Of a stretch of 64,000 nucleotides of DNA, positions 1 to 13,041 are shown in pieces; position 1 is the first letter of the stretch, and the number at the start of each line of letters is the position of its first letter. Source of the stretch: Antechinus flavipes (taxonomy: Eukaryota); the NCBI RefSeq assembly GCF_016432865.1, contig NC_067401.1:57412001-57476000 (forward strand). Reading direction: 5' to 3'. The position numbers and the translations under genes were made by a program. Below the pieces are notes generated by a model that saw only the letters and a list, made by a program, of their open reading frames with translations, was not told the DNA's origin and searched no databases.

Positions 1-840
1 ATATCTAAGTGCTATCAATTAATAAGCAATCATAAACCATCTAAGATGCTCCGGACTGTTCTAGGTCCTGGTGATACAAAAACATGATCCTGGCTCTCAA
101 GATGTTTTTAGAAAAGCATATTTAGAATGAATCCACAGTAATTTTGGGGAAGAGGAACTACAGGGTGGAGGTAGAAATGTGAAAAAAATCTTTATTTAAA
201 CCAGACAGACCACAGGTTCTTTCTTAATCTATTCTTTTGTTCCTTCTGCCTTTTGTGGAACAACAATGTATAGTACTGGCCCTAAATATAATTATCCAAA
301 ATATATTTAGTAGGAAATATTCTTTTACATATTTTGTCCATTCAAATGAATATTCTCCTTCTTATTTCCCCTCTGCTTCTTTTATCTTCATCCCATTTTC
401 TGTGATTTCTATGCTGAGAACACAGCTGCAGGTTACAATCAGAGATCAGAAAAACCAGATGTGAGGAGAAAGAGACACTAACATTCTGACCAATATGACA
501 TATGTAATAACCTCTATTTAAAAAGGCATGGACATGTAAAATCCCATTTAGGAAGATTTTCATAACAAAAATTACATAAAAAAGTAAAAATACACTAGTG
601 TTTAAATTTGGAGTAGTATCAATGATGAAGACAGCAATGATAAAAATGAATAAAATGTTTTCATTGGAATGTAAAAAGAGGCAAAAGAAAAAGCTTCACA
701 GTAAACAGATTTTGTTTATGGTTATTCTTTGAAATTATGTTTGGTGTATATTTAATGTTTCCTTCCTTTCAGAGAGATTTTATTTCAGGAGTACAGTTTA
801 TATATTCCAGGATAGACTATATTTGGACAAATTCAACAAC

Positions 841-1165
841 TTTTTTTTTCTTTCCTTCTTTCGTTCTTCCTCCCTCCCTCTTTTTTCTTTCTTTTTTCCC
901 TTCCTTCCTCTCTCCTTCACTCCATCCCTCCTTTCTTCCCTCCCTTCTTCCTTCCTTCTTTCCTTCTTTCCTTTTTCCCTCACTTCCCTTCTTCCTTGCC
1001 ACCCTCCCTTTTCCCTTTCTCTTTCTTTCCATTTTACTTTCTTCCCTCCTTCCCTTTTTCCTTTTATCCCCCCTCCATCCTTTCCTTCCTTGCTTTCTTC
1101 ATTCATTTCTCCCTCCTTCCTTCCCTCCCTTCCTTTCTTTTTTCTTTTCTTCTTTCCTTTCCCTA
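841..1165. repeat. Long CT-rich low-complexity tract ((TTCC)n/(CTTT)n)
   Basis: Almost pure pyrimidine on the + strand; it generates the spurious F/S/P/L and K/E/R/G ORFs. Confidence 0.95.
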
Positions 1166-1579
1166 AGTGCTTCTCTGCCCTTCCCAAGCTGATAATCAGC
1201 AGGGTGGATAAGATGTAACTATCACTGCATAACAACGTAGTCTAAGTGTCTATTTGTCTTGTAGGTAATCAAAGCTAAAGTAATATAAAAAAAAATAAAG
1301 GAATCACTTCTATCTGGGTAGATCTGGGGAAAGATTTTATGGATGAAGTGGTATTTATACATTGAAAGATTAACAATAATTATAACACTAGAACAACAAT
1401 AACAAAAACATCTGACATTTATATTAAACTGTTTATTCCCTTTTATAAAATTGTTAGTATGGTATAGAGGAGGGAAAAAAACAGATTCAGAACCAAAAAT
1501 TTCTGAATTAAAATATCAACTCCAATAAATTCCTCCTCTGTGATCCTGGAAATATGATTTAAGTTCTTAGCTGTTCTAG

Positions 1580-1940
1580 GCAACTTTTCATATTTTTAAG
1601 TCATAGATAGAGTCTCTTGGCCCTGAGCTGCAGTCCCATTTCTCTAACTGCCTTATCAATATCCTTACTTGGAAGTCCACAAAGCATATCAGCTCAAGAT
1701 ATCAGAAGCAAAATTAATTATCTTTCTATCTAAAACTATGTGCTCTTCTTAATTTTCCTATTCTTGTCATTTAGGTTCAAAAGCTTTTACTCTTCACTCC
1801 CAACAACCACACATATACAATCAATTGTCAAGTCTAGTTAATTCTACCTCCTGAACATATTTTACTTTTGTCCACTTCTTTCTATTCATATCACAACACA
1901 CAACAAGTTTAGGTCTTATTACTATTGGACTCATAATATC

Positions 1941-1975
<35 letters not shown>

Positions 1976-2123
1976 ATTTTCATAGCATTGTCTCTCTCTG
2001 CTCCAATCACCTCTCCACATCACTTCTAAAGTAATATTTTTAAAGGATAGTTCTGACCATATTTCACTTCCACTCAAGAAGCTCCAATGATTCATATGCT
2101 CTTATGATAAAATTCAAGTTCCT
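1580..2123 (+). mobile_element. L2 LINE fragment, resuming at ~3479-3540 after the L1 insertion
   Basis: L2 motifs ccctgagctgcagtccc, aatcaattgtcaagtc and ctcaagaagctccaatg. The continuation aaagtccttcacaatctgg lies beyond the L1. Confidence 0.75.
1943..1972. repeat. (TG)15 microsatellite
   Basis: Read directly. Confidence 0.95.
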
Positions 2124-3478
2124 TTTTTAAAAGTGTTATTTATTCACTTGTTTTCAAAAGCATATATTACTTCTCATTCCAAATTGAATAGTAAAAGGAA
2201 AAAGGCAAAAACAAAATCTTTATAACAAATATGCAGGTCTACCAAAATAAATCCCCATACTGTCTATGTCCAAAAATGTTTGCTTCATTTTGCATCTTAA
2301 TTTCATCACCTCTTGAACAGAAGGTGGCTTATATTTTTAATTCTCTGTATTCTTGGTTTATATGTTCAGAATGCTAATCCTTCAAAGTTATTTTTCTTTA
2401 TAATGTTGTCATTTTATGAATAATACTCCTAATTCTGTTCAATTCACTTTGATTTGGTTCATAAAGGTCTTCTCAATTTCCTATAAAGCTTTATAAAGCT
2501 TTTTTTTATTTCATTATTCTTTGTGCAATATTTTATTACATGAATATAATAGGAATTATTTGCCTATTCTCCAATAAGTAGATAAACTCTTAATGTCCAG
2601 TTTGAGGTTGCTATAAAAAAGATGCTATAAATATTATATCTGTTTTGATTTATATCTATATATATGTGTACATATACACATATATATAGATATAGGTATC
2701 TTAATCTATCTTTATAGTTAGATATGGATATATCATTTTCCTCTATCTTTAATGTCTTTGGGAGATAGGCCTATTAGTGGAAGTCTAACAGTGAGTCAAA
2801 GCATATGCCCATTTTAGTAGTTTTTGAGTTGTAGTCTCAAATTGCTTTCCTAAATGGCTGGACAAATTTGTGCAAAGTATAGCTATTTTTTCACTATATT
2901 TACAACATTTGTTAATTTTCTCTTCTTTATCAATCTGATGATCATAAAGGAGAACCTCAGGTTGCTTTTATGTCCATTTTTCTAATTATTAAAGTAATTT
3001 GAAACATTTTTTTCATTACGTAGTCTGGATTTCTTCCTTTGAAAAGTTCTTTTTCACATTATTTAACTCTTTGTTTATTGAGGAAGGACTTTGAGTATTA
3101 AAAATTTGAATCAGTTGTTCATCTGTCTTGGAAATTAGACATCAGAGAATTCTCTGCAAAAGTTATTTTCCCAATTAGCTATTTCTTCTCTAATTTTAAT
3201 GGAATTAATTTTGTTTATACTAAAACTTTTTAATTTTCGATAATAAAAATTATCCATTTAATCACCTGTGATCTTCTCCATTCCTGGCTTTGTCGTGTAG
3301 TGTTCCCTCTATCAATGGATCTGAAAGTTAATCTCTTCTTTTCTGCTCTAATTTTGCCTATGATGTCACATTTTAAAGTCTAAATAATGCATTTATTTGG
3401 AGTTTATCTTAGTAAATGGTGTGAGATGTTGGTCTATATCTAATTCTTTTTAATAGGGTTCTCTAGTTTTGCTAGCAT
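2124..3478 (-). mobile_element. Old L1 fragment (ORF2 3' part plus 3'UTR)
   Basis: T-rich tail at the left end and typical reverse-complement L1 ORF2 motifs (aaattgctttcctaaatggctggac, tttggagtttatcttagtaaatggtgtgagatgttggtc). Confidence 0.75.
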
Positions 3479-4517
3479 GAGCCCCTCTATTTCTAAAGTC
3501 CTTCACAATCTGGTTACAATCTATATGCTTCAGGGGAACTGGCCAAAGAGCTCCTTGTGATTAAAATAAAACTGAGAGCTCTCCAAAAGTCGAATGGGCT
3601 GCCTCTGTGAGTTTCCTCTTACTTAAAATCACAGGATTCTAAAGAAACAGGATAGTATTTTATCCGTGTATTGACTGCACAAAATGTCCTGAGATATCTT
3701 CAAACCTGATATTCTGGAACTTGGGGCACAGCAAGTATTGGGAATCAAAAACTTCTGAAAACTTCAAGAAAAAAGCAAACATTTCCCAGGCCTCTTTGTT
3801 GGATTGTTTCTTTTCTGTGATAGAAATGATATCTTTTAAAATGGAAGTTTTCAAATAACTTGAGAATGGTTCAGTACTAAAACTACTGTAAGCCAAGAGA
3901 AGTTAACTACAGAGAGAATAAAAGGACAGATTTATGGCATGACAAAAGTCTCTCCTGAGGTTCTTCTCAAATACCTTCCTTGAGCTAGCCAATTCTTGCC
4001 AACTAATGCATTTAAGATGATTTTAAGACATGAGCTCTTGTTGAACAAAGTTGGGCGGGGAGGATAGCCACTTTCTAATTCCTTAGTTTAGGATCAATAA
4101 AGCTCTTAGGGTTATTTTTAAATTTAATACAGCATAAGACCTTAATAAAGCATTATGCTGTGGACCATGGAATCTGATAGGTATGGGAGGTCAAATTGTC
4201 TTTTTTGTGCCTAAAATAACAGTGACACACTCTTACTGTAATTCAGGAAGACCACAGGATAGATGGGATTCCTGTCCTCCAACACTAGCTTTATTAAATG
4301 TTTCATTCTACACATTTTGCCATTCAGTGTGATAGATTAGAAAAAAGGGTAGCAACAGATCTTAGGCAAGCAGCTTAATTAACTTTTTCCTAGTCAATCT
4401 TTTCTAACAGTCAAGCTTTTTAAGCCCCATAGCAACAAAAGACTTTCATCTTGCAAGCAAGAACTGATGATATCTTAAAGCCTCTGGTAGAGATCAGTGT
4501 TTACTGATAATAATTGT

Positions 4518-4668
4518 TCATATATGTATGTGTGTGTATATATACACACAAAATGCATATACACATACACATATATAGGCACATGTGTCTAGATCCACAT
4601 GCATAGACAGACGAATGTATCTGTATCTGTGCATATGTATATGTACATATATGTGTCTGTATATACAT
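4518..4668. repeat. Degenerate TA/TG/CA purine-pyrimidine alternating tract
   Basis: catatatgtatgtgtgtgtatatatacacac...atatgtatatgtacatatatgtgtctgtatatacat. Confidence 0.8.
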
Positions 4669-5037
4669 TACCTGGACTTCATTTTCTTTATCTGTAAATT
4701 GCACACAATGACACCTACAGCATCAGTCTCAGAGGGTTGTTGCCTGTTTATTGTTCTTTTCCCTATATCACATGATATGCTACATACACATCATGGTGTG
4801 CATATTTAACAAATTTGGATTTTGCATATACATGTATGTCTTTGGTCCATTTTGCCAAGACAGATATACTTATTGCCTCCCCGTGGAAAGTAGACTAAAG
4901 TACATTTTGATGTTTTGTAATATGATAATGATATCCTTTCAGGATATTGACAGATTATACCCAGAGTCAGGAGAGTTGGGTTTGAAGCCCAGGTATAACA
5001 CTTATTAACAACACGACTCTAAGCCATCCATTCATTT

Positions 5038-5193
5038 TTATTTATTTGTTTGTTTTTTTCCTGTGAGGGAATTGGGGGTCACTTACTCAGGGTCACAAAG
5101 CTAGCAAATTTTAAGTATCTGAAACTGGATTTCAATTCAGGTCCTCTTGACTTCGGGTCAGAGCTTTAAACACTGCTCCATGTAATTGGCCTG
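5038..5193 (-). mobile_element. WSINE1-like SINE inserted in an older MIR
   Basis: SINE head, core and A tail on the minus strand. 18-bp TSD: taagccatccattcattt (5020-5037) and taagcaatccattcattt (5194-5211). Both flanks are MIR core sequence. Confidence 0.85.
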
Positions 5194-6209
5194 TAAGCAA
5201 TCCATTCATTTCTGTGAATTTCAGTCTTCTCATTGATGAGAGGCCACATGGTGTACTGGATAGAAGGCCAACATTTGAATCAGGAAGATTTGGACTTAAG
5301 CTCCTCCTTAAGCTGTGTGAGCATGAGCAATCACCTGAATTTCTCAGTGCCCGAAGAAACTCTAGAAAACTTCAAGTTACAGATTGGAAATGTGCTAATT
5401 AATGTCTTGATGATTACATACTATAACAATCTATTTGGCCTATGAACTTGTTTAAAGCATCTTTTTACCCTAATCTGGTATTTTATAGTACTGATTAGGG
5501 GATTTCCACACTGGGGGTCTATACACTGATGAAATTATACATGTTAATATTATCCTTTGCATTTCTTACCTTATAGGATCATAGTTTTCCAGCTGGAATG
5601 AATCCTTGAGGCTATCTAGTCCAAGTCTCTTATTTAACAAATAAAACAGAAGCCTCTAGAGGTTAAAAAGGATTGCTGGAATAACAGAAATAACTGTAAT
5701 TAACTGAATTGAGATTTTGAACCCAGACCCCCCCATTCAAAATTAAATTCTTTTTTGTAAGAAAAAATATTTTCTAAGACTTTAAAGCACTATAGAAACA
5801 TGAGTTTATTATTATTATTATTTTGAATATTTTCCTATAAAACTAAGCCTTTGTGACTTTCCTAACATACTGGCAAAGAAATTAGAAATAAAAACAAACT
5901 CTGATTAATATTAATTACTCCATATGTTCTCTACTGCCTTGAAAGGAGGATTAAGAGCATCGATTGCCAGAAAAATGGGACCCCAAGGATATATTACAGT
6001 CCTGAAAAATTCTGCTTAATGTTCTTTCTGCTCTAAGAAATTTGGTAATATCCTTATGGTTACCTAGGGTAACAATCAATTTGGTCCATGAAATTGCTCA
6101 AGGCAGCTGCTTACTATAACCTGGCCCCAACAGGTCTCTGTAGGCTTGTGAATTTTAAGATTTCTTTGACTTCAGAATATAGATAATAATATCAGGCAGC
6201 TATATTATT

Positions 6210-6393
6210 TATGATATTTTGAGGTTTGTGAAGTATTTTACAGACATCATGTCCTTTGAGCTTTACAACAACTCTACATGATAGTTACTGCTATTAGCCC
6301 CATTTTACAGTTCAGGAAGCAGTATCAGAGAGGTGAAGTTCTTCTCCTGTATCATCCAGCTGTTACATGTCTTTGAAGGATTCAAAACTAGAT
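6210..6393 (-). mobile_element. MIR SINE
   Basis: gaggtttgtgaagtatttta...ttacaacaactc...cccattttacag...gagaggtgaagt. Confidence 0.65.
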
Positions 6394-7544
6394 ATAATTA
6401 TTAATACACCAAAAGATAAAGGTGATTTCCTCCAACCCCAGATACTTGGGTGAGGTTGAAAAATAAACAAGCAAACAAAAAACTAAAACTCCTTTTCTGG
6501 TCAGAGAACTACATATAGGGGGAAGTGGGTCATCTTATAAGAAAGAAGAGACATAAAAAATGAAAGGGCAGAATGTACAATCTAGTGATACTTAAATAAT
6601 AGCCAAGATATGAAAATATTCACCTAGCTCTGTATTTATGGACAAACAGCATTGATATTAGGTGATTAAATGAAGACAACATGCTATAGGTGATTACTAT
6701 TTTTTCCTAGTTTAGACAACAGATTACATTTGATGCAACAATTATTAAATGCCAACTATATAGCATATCCCAGTGTTCAGATCTGGGCATCAGGAAATAA
6801 CAATAAAGCTGTCTTTGCTTTCAAAGAACTAATATTTTATTAGAAGATATAAACAGTTAAATGAGTTTGAATGTTTCTGTGAAGGGAGAGAGCAAGTTGT
6901 AGGATAAAGGAAAGACTGGAAATTTGGGACTCAACTAAAAAAAAAACATTTTTGATTCTGGGATATCTTTTGCAATCACTTCTCATTTACTCTATTCTAT
7001 AAGATATTAGTCCATTCTTGCATTTTTTTTTTCTTTTTCTTCTGGCAATGTCTACCAAGCATGAGATAATATAGCAATATTTAAAAAAAAAAAGAAATGC
7101 AGAATCCACAATCTAAATATCTCTTTCTTGATTCCAAAGAGAAAAGCTAAATGTTCTTCTCTTTTCCTTTCATTGTTTAAGAAAGCCTACTATGAAGCTA
7201 AGATGCCCTTTAAAGATTTCTTACACAATCTCGGAAACCAGATAGAGGTTAAAGGACCACAACATTAATTTTCTCAGGTTCTTTTCCCCCACCACCTAAT
7301 TTTTTTTCTTTTTGTAGCTGATTATGCAGAGCAAGATCCTCCACATCTTATGCTACTTTGCTAACGAAATATTACCTTTGGTTTGCTAGCATCATTCCAC
7401 TTAGACTCATGAAATCTTTGCTTTAGAAAAGACCTCAGAGGGTATTTTACCTAACCCTTCTCAAATCATGAATTCTATCTACTGTCTATATAATATATGT
7501 AATATCTATTCTGTCCTCATCAAGTTGTCACCCATACTCTGATT

Positions 7545-7770
7545 AAGCAACTAATATTTATTAAGAGCTTACTATGTGACAGGCACTGTACTAAATACCT
7601 TGGAGACAAAGAAGTAGGAGAAAGAAAAAAAGTCCCTCCCCTAAAGGAGTTTATGAGTCTATATTATAATGGAGGAGACAACAGTTACAAAAATAGGTAC
7701 ATCCAATATACTTTTAGGAGAGATGGAAAGCAACCTTAGAGGGAAAGGCACTAACAGCTGGAGAGATGCT
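7545..7770 (-). mobile_element. L2 3' end
   Basis: atttattaagagcttactatgtgacaggcactgtactaaa. Confidence 0.75.
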
Positions 7771-8060
7771 TAAATAGAACAAACTCTCAACACCCAGTCA
7801 GCTCATTCCATTTGTTTTTTGACAGCTGTGTGATGCAGTGGAAAGAGTTGTGACTCCAGAGTCAAAGAACCCAGGTGCAAATCTCACTTTTGATACTACC
7901 TATGTGACCTTGAACCATTCACTTAACCCCTCTAGAAATCAGTTTATTCATCTGTAAAATGACTCACTTGGTCTAAATGTCATCTATGGCCCCTTCCAGT
8001 TCTATACCTTATGTTTCCCATACCAAGTTATAATCAGACTCTCTGGTATATAAAAGTTTA

Positions 8061-8302
8061 GGGAAGGTAGCTGGCATAACGAATAAAGCACTGAGCTTGG
8101 AATCAGACTCATCCTTATGAATTCAAATGCAATCTCAGATTCTTACTAGCTGGGTGACCAAGTCACTTAACCCTGTTGTCTCAATTTTTTCATCCATAAA
8201 ATGAGCTTAAGAAGGAAATGGCAAACCATTTCAGTATCTTTGCCAAGAAAACCCCAAATGGGATCACAAACAGTTGGACATGACTGAAAAACTGAACAAC
8301 AA
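8061..8302 (+). mobile_element. Mar1-type core SINE
   Basis: tRNA head, core, and RTE-derived tail ggaaatggcaaaccatttcagtatctttgccaagaaaaccccaaatgggatcac...gacatgactgaaaaactgaacaac. Confidence 0.85.
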
Positions 8303-11300
8303 TAATATAGCACTTTTCCTTAAGTGAATAAACAAATACTCTATGTGTCACAAATATTAGCTGTTTGGCACTGAAGTTATTTATAAGTAAAACAAAGAGC
8401 TTATATATTACAGCATTCAATTCATTTAGACATCAAAATTGAAGGAAAGAAAAAAGGGGTTCATTCTATAGAAGCTTTCAACTTCGTGGTCTCTATATAT
8501 TGCCAACCCAATACTTAGGCCATGAAACACTAGTCCTAACCATTAAAAAAAATACAAGAAAAAGGGAACAAATAATAAAATAGGAAAAGACTATTATGAA
8601 AGTAGAGTGCAAGGAGGCTTTAAGGTGCATTAAAAAAAAAAAGGTACTCTGGTCAGGCATATCTCAATAAATCCTTGAAGCACAGCTACATGATTCTTTG
8701 ATAAATATCACATAATGGCTTAGAAGTGAAGTATAATTTCAAGTTCTACTACAGGGCCATTATGATGTTCTTGTGGACGGTTTAATTTATTACTGAGCTC
8801 TCCCGTACCAATCTTATACCATTCACTGAGAGTAGGCGGAAACAGAAAAGTTCTCATACCTAATGAAGTCATTTCTCTAGAAAGAGAACTGCTCAAAAGA
8901 CTGAAGTTCAAAGCACTGAAATCATATAATGGTACCTCCAAATTCACTCTTTATGAGGTTGTGTAGGAAGCATATTTCATGCTCAATGAAGATTCGGCTG
9001 ACTGCCTCCTAGATTTTTGAGGCTGTTTATTTTTCTTTTCTCCAAAAATAAATACATAAACAAATTTGTGATGGGGAAAATGGCCAGATTAATATTACTA
9101 AAAAATGAAGTTTAAGTTTACCTTTGTCAATATTGTGCCAGGAATGATAGATTTGAAAAGGCTTTAAGAATTTACTGTGTTCAGCTTTGTAGTCTTGGAG
9201 TGGTATTTCTGGGCTATGATGAAACAAACTACAGAATAAATTCTAATATGTCATGTAAATTATTGTCTTCATCAAGACATATTCAAAAGACAAACAAATT
9301 TGATCAATAATTATTCCAAATTCTCACTGAGAAAACTTTTTTTTATCCCAACAGAATCCAGACTTTTACGGTAGGTATGTCAGAAATAGACTGTCCTTGG
9401 GAAGGAAATCCCCAGTAAAAAGGTTTACTCTAAATGTCTCTTTTTGATTATTCTGAAAGGCTCAAAACAAAATACAGTTGACACACTCTGGATGATCGAG
9501 GATTGTGTCTAGGATAGCAGTTAGTGTATTCCGGCAGTCCAATTCAAATCTGAAGAATCCTCACTAGAACATACCTTACAAATGGCCATTCAGCCTTTGT
9601 TTGAAGAATTCCAGTGAGGGAAAACCCTTTATTTCTCAAGACTATCCATTATAGTATTGATTAACTTTAATGGTTAAAAAGTATTTCCTGACATCAAGCT
9701 GAAATCTGCCTTTAGCCATTTTAAACATCATTCTTAGTTCTAGAGTAAAACATCTTATCTAAACAAAAGAAACCCTCTGTTATTCTTGTTTTTCAGGAGA
9801 ACACAGTACAGAAAATTATACGCCTATATTTTTGTCTTTCTGTGACATCACTGTTAGTTATAGTAGTCCAAAAGAAAGCATTACCATTACACAGCCTGAA
9901 TTTAAGGGAGTAAATAATGAATATACAGAGAGATAAACTTGAGTGTAGGAACAGAAACAAGATATCACAAAATCAGTCAATATTTAATTCTATTGCCCCC
10001 TATACTTATATCTATGCAACAATTACAATGAAAATTTCAGACTAAAGAGAAGTTCTGACTCTAGGATGAAGATGGGGTTTGAACTCTTGGATATCAAGCT
10101 TTAGATTGGTGACAACTCTTCAACAACCATATTTATTTGGGAATATTTGAGAGGCTTCCTCTCATAGAATCATACAAAAACCTGATAGTTTTAAAAAGGT
10201 GTCTTGGAAGAACTTATGAAATCTGGAAAATGGGAGCTAAGCTCTCTAAATGGATAAATGTATGGTGACTAATGCTGAGGCCTTCTTAAATCACACAAAG
10301 CCCTTGATGGAAGCTTGGAGTAACTACAACCAGGAAGGCTCTGAATTCCTTGCAGGAAAACAAGAGTCTCCTTGCTGGGGAAAAAAATAAAAAAAAAAAC
10401 AATGACAATGTCTCTGAACCAAAAGTAGGAAATCCTTAGTTCCAACTCTAAAACGGTTTCTTCTGATCCTTATATTCCATACAATATAAAGGAGGTGAAA
10501 GACCCAGGCAGAAGGAAAGAGAATGACAATTTGTGAAATGGAAAGAATAAATCTACACCCATAACTCTGAGCTCACCCAGGACTAATAAAGGAAACTGAG
10601 GAATGTAAAGAACCCATCACCATAAATAGACACAACAAGAAAGGGGAAAAAGCATAGTTACTGAGCATTTTAAAATATCAAGAAATTAGTTTTATTTGTA
10701 TTAAAATAGGATTTCAGTCTACATTTTTGATCAACATTCTAGAAATTGTCACGCGAAAAAGTATCTTATTCTGAATATTGAAAAAAAAATCAGCCAATTT
10801 GATCTGTGAGATTCTCACGTGAATAGAAGGATATTGTATCTTATAAAGGATATCCTCAAAGTCACATAATTCTGCTTGGTGGTACATGTGGTTTCACAGA
10901 GAGAAAATGAAAAAAATGATTCATCATTGAAAATTGCTATTATGGTAAGTTATTTAAAGACAAAATGAATGATCTATGATGCTGTTTTCCTTTTAAACAA
11001 ATTACGTGGTAGAACACTTTTAATTTTGTCATTAACAATAAGGAATTTATAAATTGCAAAATGTTTTTTTAACCTATCCTTTAAGTGTTCCTTTTAAAAC
11101 TAATCAAGGTTTTTGTATAGATTTTATTCACTTTTGTTTTCCACAACTTGGTAAGTGGGATACAATATTACTTTCTCCATTTTCTTTTGACAAAATTCTT
11201 TGGTAAATTTAAGATTTAGTGATTTAAGTAAGGGATTCCTGAATGTCAGAAATGAAAGCAGGCCATGGAGAGAACCCTAGTTCTAGATTCAAAGGACCTG

Positions 11301-12301
11301 GATCTAAATATTAGCTGTGTGAACTCAGCCAAATCATTTTCACCTCCCTGAGCTCCATGTCCCCCCAAGTCCACATCCCTCATCTATAAAAACAGATACA
11401 GGACTGAAAGGTTTCTGATATCCCTTCTAGATCTAGATTTTTTTTTAAATTCTGAATCTAATCTCTAGCTATTAAGAATGACCACTGAGCATTTTAGAAC
11501 TGAATTATCTACGCCAAATGGACAATTCAATTTAGACATTTTTTTGTCATTGGGTTTCAATGAACTAATCAAAAAAATTTTTATATGTAATTATTTAATT
11601 TCTGATCAATCAAGAAAACTAGATTTTAAAAAGTTGACATGTGGCCAGAGCAGTGAGTTTATTTTTTGAATCAAATTGAAGCAGTTCAATCATAAGAAAT
11701 CAAGAAATTTTCTAACTTGAAGTCGTTTTTCTTTTCATTTTGTTCAAATTTGAACTTGGTGTCTTAACAGTATTCATTTTAGGATTATTGTCTAGGACTT
11801 ATACTCTAAATCTGAAAATATATAAGGTCTCCATTTTTAGATGCCAAAGGAGTAAGAATGTGGAATATGATGGATATTACAAGAGGTAACAACTGTGTTG
11901 TGTTAGTTTGAGTCAAGAAGACCCGTGTCTCAATACTATCCTGATTATACCTAACTTTTATTTAATACCAGAGGTTATCTCATTTGGTCTTCACAACAAT
12001 TCTAGGAGGTACAGGCTAATATCATGATTTATAAATAAAGTTATTAAGAGGTTAAGTGATTTACTTAGAGTCTTAAGGCAGCATAGAAACCCAAAATTTC
12101 CTGACTTCAAATTCAATATTCAGGCTACATTGTCACTTAACTGATTGTTAATATATATGAAGAGTCTAAGCTTCAACACACCAAATGAGAGTGAAGAGAT
12201 CATTTGGCATCAAATTTTGGGGTTTGGTCATGTGAAGAATTCATAATATCCTTTCTCTTTGGCCTAGACCCTCATCATATGTATATTAGGCAAATATATG
12301 T

Positions 12302-12306
<5 letters not shown>

Positions 12307-12332
<26 letters not shown>
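12307..12332. repeat. (CA)13 microsatellite
   Basis: Read directly. Confidence 0.95.
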
Positions 12333-12338
<6 letters not shown>

Positions 12339-12743
12339 CACACAGAGTTTAGAGAAGAGGTAACAGACAAAATGAAGATGCAAAAAAGGGAAATGAGATA
12401 TACACAATAATAAAATTTACCAGGAGTGGTAAATATGAAATAAATTTGGTAGAGCAGATAGTTGGCATGGTAAGTGATTTTAACAATTAACAACAGAAAA
12501 GACAACTTCCTTAGTGGAACTCACAATTAACCAAGAAAAAGAGAACACACCATTATGTGGGACTATGCCATTGACTGGTAGGATAAATCCACAGAAAAAA
12601 TTAGCACCCTAAAAATATTAGGTAGCTATAACAAGGAGAAAGACACCCAGAAGGCAGAACACCTCACTGGGCTAACCCAAAAGGGACTCAGCAAAGATGG
12701 CATGGACTATGGGCAGATTTATAGAGGAAATTTAATCTCTGGG

Positions 12744-13041
12744 GAAGGAACACTGGGAAATGAATGTGGACTACTTGCATTTTTGTTTTTCTTCCCAGGC
12801 TATTTTTACTTTCTGAATCCAATTTTTCTTGTGCAACGAGAGAACTGTATGGATCTGCACACATATATTGTATCTAGGATATACTTTAACATGTTTAACA
12901 TGTATAAGATTGCTTGTCATTTGGGGGAGGGGGTGGAAGGAGGGAAGAGAAAAGTTGGAACAGAAATGAGTGCAAGGGACAATGTTGTAAAAATTACCCA
13001 TGAATATGTTCTGTCAATAAAAAGCTATAATTTAAAAAAAA
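12744..13041 (+). mobile_element. 5'-truncated L1 (3'UTR only), dasyurid type, with TSD
   Basis: aggaacactgggaaatgaatgtgg...cttcccagg...gggaggggg...ctgtcaataaaaag plus A tail. 17-bp TSD: gaaatttaatctctggg (12727-12743) and gaaatttaatttctggg (13042-13058). Confidence 0.88.

Noticed and set aside
737-1235. Overlapping 131-151 aa ORFs on both strands
   Set aside because: They are translations of the CT/GA low-complexity tract and have no protein-like composition.
2482-2495. 14-bp palindrome tataaagctttata
   Set aside because: By-product of a 10-bp tandem duplication within an old L1.
8490-8545. Weak tRNA-Glu-like resemblance on the minus strand
   Set aside because: No cloverleaf and no intact B box.
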